Positions 60,905-64,000 of a DNA stretch of 64,000 bases are shown here, piece by piece (the stretch's first letter is position 1; each line of letters opens with the position of its first letter). Source of the stretch: Octopus sinensis (lineage: Eukaryota); contig NC_043018.1 in the NCBI RefSeq assembly GCF_006345805.1, forward strand, positions 23,188,001-23,252,000, given 5' to 3'. The notes under the pieces were generated by a model that worked only from the letters and a program-made list of their open reading frames with translations, ran no database searches and was not told the origin of the DNA. The translations under genes and the position numbers were made by a program.

Positions 60905-61449
60905 TTTATTGCTGTCTCAGATGATTTTCATTTCCATTATTCTCTCTCCCATTACCCTGTCTTTCTCACCCCCTCCCCCTCTGCACACCACTTATGCTTT
61001 TTTTTTCTCTACTAAATCTATTTACCAACAAACATATATCTGACAATCACTCCCTCTCTCTTTCTCTCTTCTGTTACACTCTTTCTCCCATTACTCTCTC
61101 TCTCTCTCTCTCTCTTGGTTTCTTCTATTAGTCTCTTCTCTGTCACCCTTTCACTCCTATCACTCTAAATTCCCCCCTCTCACTCTCCCCCACTTCTGCT
61201 ACCCTTTCACTCTTATCACACTAATTATCCTCTCTCTCTTCCTTGTTACTCTTTCCCTCTCACTCTTCCCTGTTACCCTTTCTCTCATCACTCTAATTCT
61301 CCCCCCCTCTCCTATCACTTTCTCACCCTGTTTCTTTCTCTTTCATCGCACATCTCTCACGCTCTCAGCCTTATTGCTTTGAATGAACACAGCCGATGGA
61401 GGATAGGGCAGACTCTTTAGGCTTTCTGGGGATAAGACAACCTCTTTAG

Positions 61450-61685
61450 TACTGGCGAGCTGGCAGAAACATTAGCACGCCGGGCGAAATGCTTAGGGGT
61501 ATTTCATCTGCGTTACGTTGTGAGTTCAAATTCCGCCGAGGTCGACTTTGCCTTTCATCCTTTCAGGGTCGATAAATTAAGTACCAGTTACGCACTGGGG
61601 TCGATGTAATCGACTTAATTCCTATGTCTGTCCTTGTTTGTCCCCTCTGTGTTTAGCCCCTTGTGGGTAATAAAGAAATAGGTAT
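61450..61685 (+). mobile_element. SINE family C, full length
   Basis: ggcgagctggcagaaacattagc ... taataaagaaataggtat. Confidence 0.9.
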
Positions 61686-62579
61686 AAAGATGAAATGCAC
61701 CCACCGCCATACATTCTGTAGAATGGTTAGCACTAGAAAGGCTATCCAACTGCAGAAACCATGCCAAAAATATATCATATGCAAGTGATTCCTGTTTAAT
61801 CCACCGACCATATCGTCTTTTATGCTCATCTTTTTGTACCCCGAGTATTTGCTCTGGCACCTCATCACTACCATCTTTATCTTCATTTTCCCAGTTACCA
61901 TTACTTGCGCTTATCTGATGCAGGGCAGTCACATCATCATCATAATCATTTAATGTCCGTTGCTCTTGCTGGTATGGGTTGGACAGTTTGACCAGAGCTG
62001 GCAAGCTGGAGTGGGAGGGGGGCTGCACCAGATTCCAGTCTGATTTGACATGATTTCTATGGCTGGATGCCCTTTCTAATGCCAACCACTCTACAGAATG
62101 TGGTGGGCACTTTTATGTGACACCTCACGGGCACTTTTATGTGACACTGCACAGGCTCTTTACACCATCAGAAGGATCGGTCTTAACATTTCTGCTGCAG
62201 GGAATGGGTCTTCTTGAGTAGGCCAGGTCCTCTGCCATTTCCTCTATAGTAAGACAAGCACCTGTGCTTGCCCCTCTCCTCTCCCTAATGTTGAGAGTTG
62301 AGGGAGCTTTTTCCCTTTTCTGTTCTTTTTGTGTTGCAGCTTAACGAACCTCACTTGTGCTGGTGGTACAAAAAATAAATAAATAAATAAAAAGGGCCCA
62401 GTACACATTGTAAGATGATTTGCTTTAGGAAGGACATCTAACTGTAGAAAACATGCCAAGGCTGACGCTGGAGCCTGGCACAACTCTGTGGCTTGCAGGA
62501 TCCTGATATACCATCCAACTCATTCCAGCGTGGAAAAGGGATGTGAGATGATGACAATGATAATATATTGTCTATAATA

Positions 62580-62880
62580 TCACCTGGTCACGAGATTGAC
62601 CAGACCATCGACTGTTATACATCACTGATCACAATGCACTTTGCATTGTTTTAGCTTTTGAATGTTGCCACCTCATTGGCTTGAGGGAGCAAGATAACAT
62701 CTCCTCTGACTGGAAGGGTATTCCATTGCAGGGTGGCACCCATTTACAGCCGGGTGGACTGCAGTGATGTGAAACAAAGTGTTTTGCTCAAGAACTTAAT
62801 GCGCAGCTGGTCTGGGGATCGAAACTACGAATTGAAGGTTGTGAGTACGACACACCTAACCACTAGGCCACATCCCCTCA
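62580..62880 (-). mobile_element. tRNA-derived SINE with D2 tail
   Basis: Head ggatgtggcctagtggttaggtgtg on minus; tail matches 34130-34215. Confidence 0.65.
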
Positions 62881-62893
62881 CATCTATAACATA

Positions 62894-63110
62894 TACTCTT
62901 TACTCTTTTACTTGTTTCAGTCATTTGACTGCGGCCATGCTGGAGCACTGACTTTAGTCGAGCAACTCGACCCCGGGACTTATTCTTTTGTAAGCCCAGT
63001 ACTTATTCTATCGGTCTCTTTTGCCGAACCGCTAAGTAACGGGGACGTAAACACACCAGCATTGGTTGTCAAGCAATGCTAGGGGGACAAACATAGACAC
63101 ACAAACACAT

Positions 63111-63169
<59 letters not shown>

Positions 63170-63352
63170 ATATATATATACATATATACGACAGGCTTCT
63201 TTCAGTTTCCGTCTACCAAATCCACTCACAAGGCATTGGTCGGCCCGGGGCTATAGCAGAAGACACTTGCCCAAGATGCCACGCAGTGGGACTGAACCCG
63301 CAACCATGTGGCTGGTTTGCAAGCTACTTACCACACAGCCACTCCTGCGCCT
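62894..63352 (-). mobile_element. SINE family A, full length
   Basis: Complete reverse-complement copy with a long (TA)n spacer. Confidence 0.9.
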
Positions 63353-64000
63353 ATATAGGAACTTAAAACTAATATCTATGGTTAGAAAAGCAATCCATGA
63401 GCTTTTATTCAAGATAGCTTTACAAACACTCAGTAATAACAAGCGTTAGATTGACGGTAACGATAACTTGAAAAGCCTTATGTGAAAAGAAAAAAAAAGC
63501 AACAACAACAAAAAATGGGGGGGAAATTCTCATATCGCAATAGTAATATATATGAAAGGAATGCCTACAATGGTTACCTAGATTACTTGTTGGCAATATT
63601 TATATTCTGTTCAGCGTTATATTCTCCCGAAATTCAAAAATATATGATCAAATACCAATCAAACACTCAACTGGAGTTCCTAACACATTTTATTTCATTC
63701 CCTCTCTGTCTCTCTCTCTCTCTCTCTCTCATACACTTCCTCTTACACTTTCTAGTTCACATTCCTTCCACACACACACACACACACACACTCTCTCTCT
63801 TAGATTTTCTATTTCATTTTCACTCTTGTTTCTATTCTATTCTTTCTCCCTCCCACCCGCAATATGCATTTCTGTGTGTGTGTGTGTGTGTGTGTGTTTG
63901 TCCTTCTCTCATAACTTTTATACTCGTTCTTTCCATATCTCATCTGTTTTCACACACACACACACACACACTACTATACTTTCTGTATGTATTGAGTGAG

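Noticed and set aside
61760-61930. Acidic/basic peptide ENEDKDGSDEVPEQILGVQKDEHKRRYGRW
   Set aside because: Resembles a decayed LINE RT C-terminus (E.LGV...RR.RW) and abuts a family B element.

Overview
Eukaryotic, AT-rich, repeat-dense non-coding DNA, most likely from an octopus. I infer this from recall of octopod tRNA/CORE-type SINE families, not from a database search. I could not confidently identify any host protein-coding exon; almost all long ORFs in the track come from microsatellites, minisatellites or the antisense strand of repeats. The window holds dozens of SINE copies from at least five families (working labels A, C, D, H, I) and many 3' ends of an RTE-like LINE (family B). It also has decayed Penelope-like (PLE), Hero-type, Tc1 and mariner fragments, hAT/TTAA/TA MITEs, a non-autonomous Helitron and several tandem arrays. 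The most interesting signal is a set of minimal type-I hammerhead-ribozyme folds with palindromic stem III, carried by several different short elements, most of them (TA)n-embedded and PLE-like. Across these families the catalytic 3-8 tertiary pair appears as C-G, U-A and G-C, which looks like compensatory covariation. One U3-A8 family forms a ~259-nt tandem resembling a retrozyme. Folds were derived by eye, repeat boundaries are approximate, and family labels are my own.
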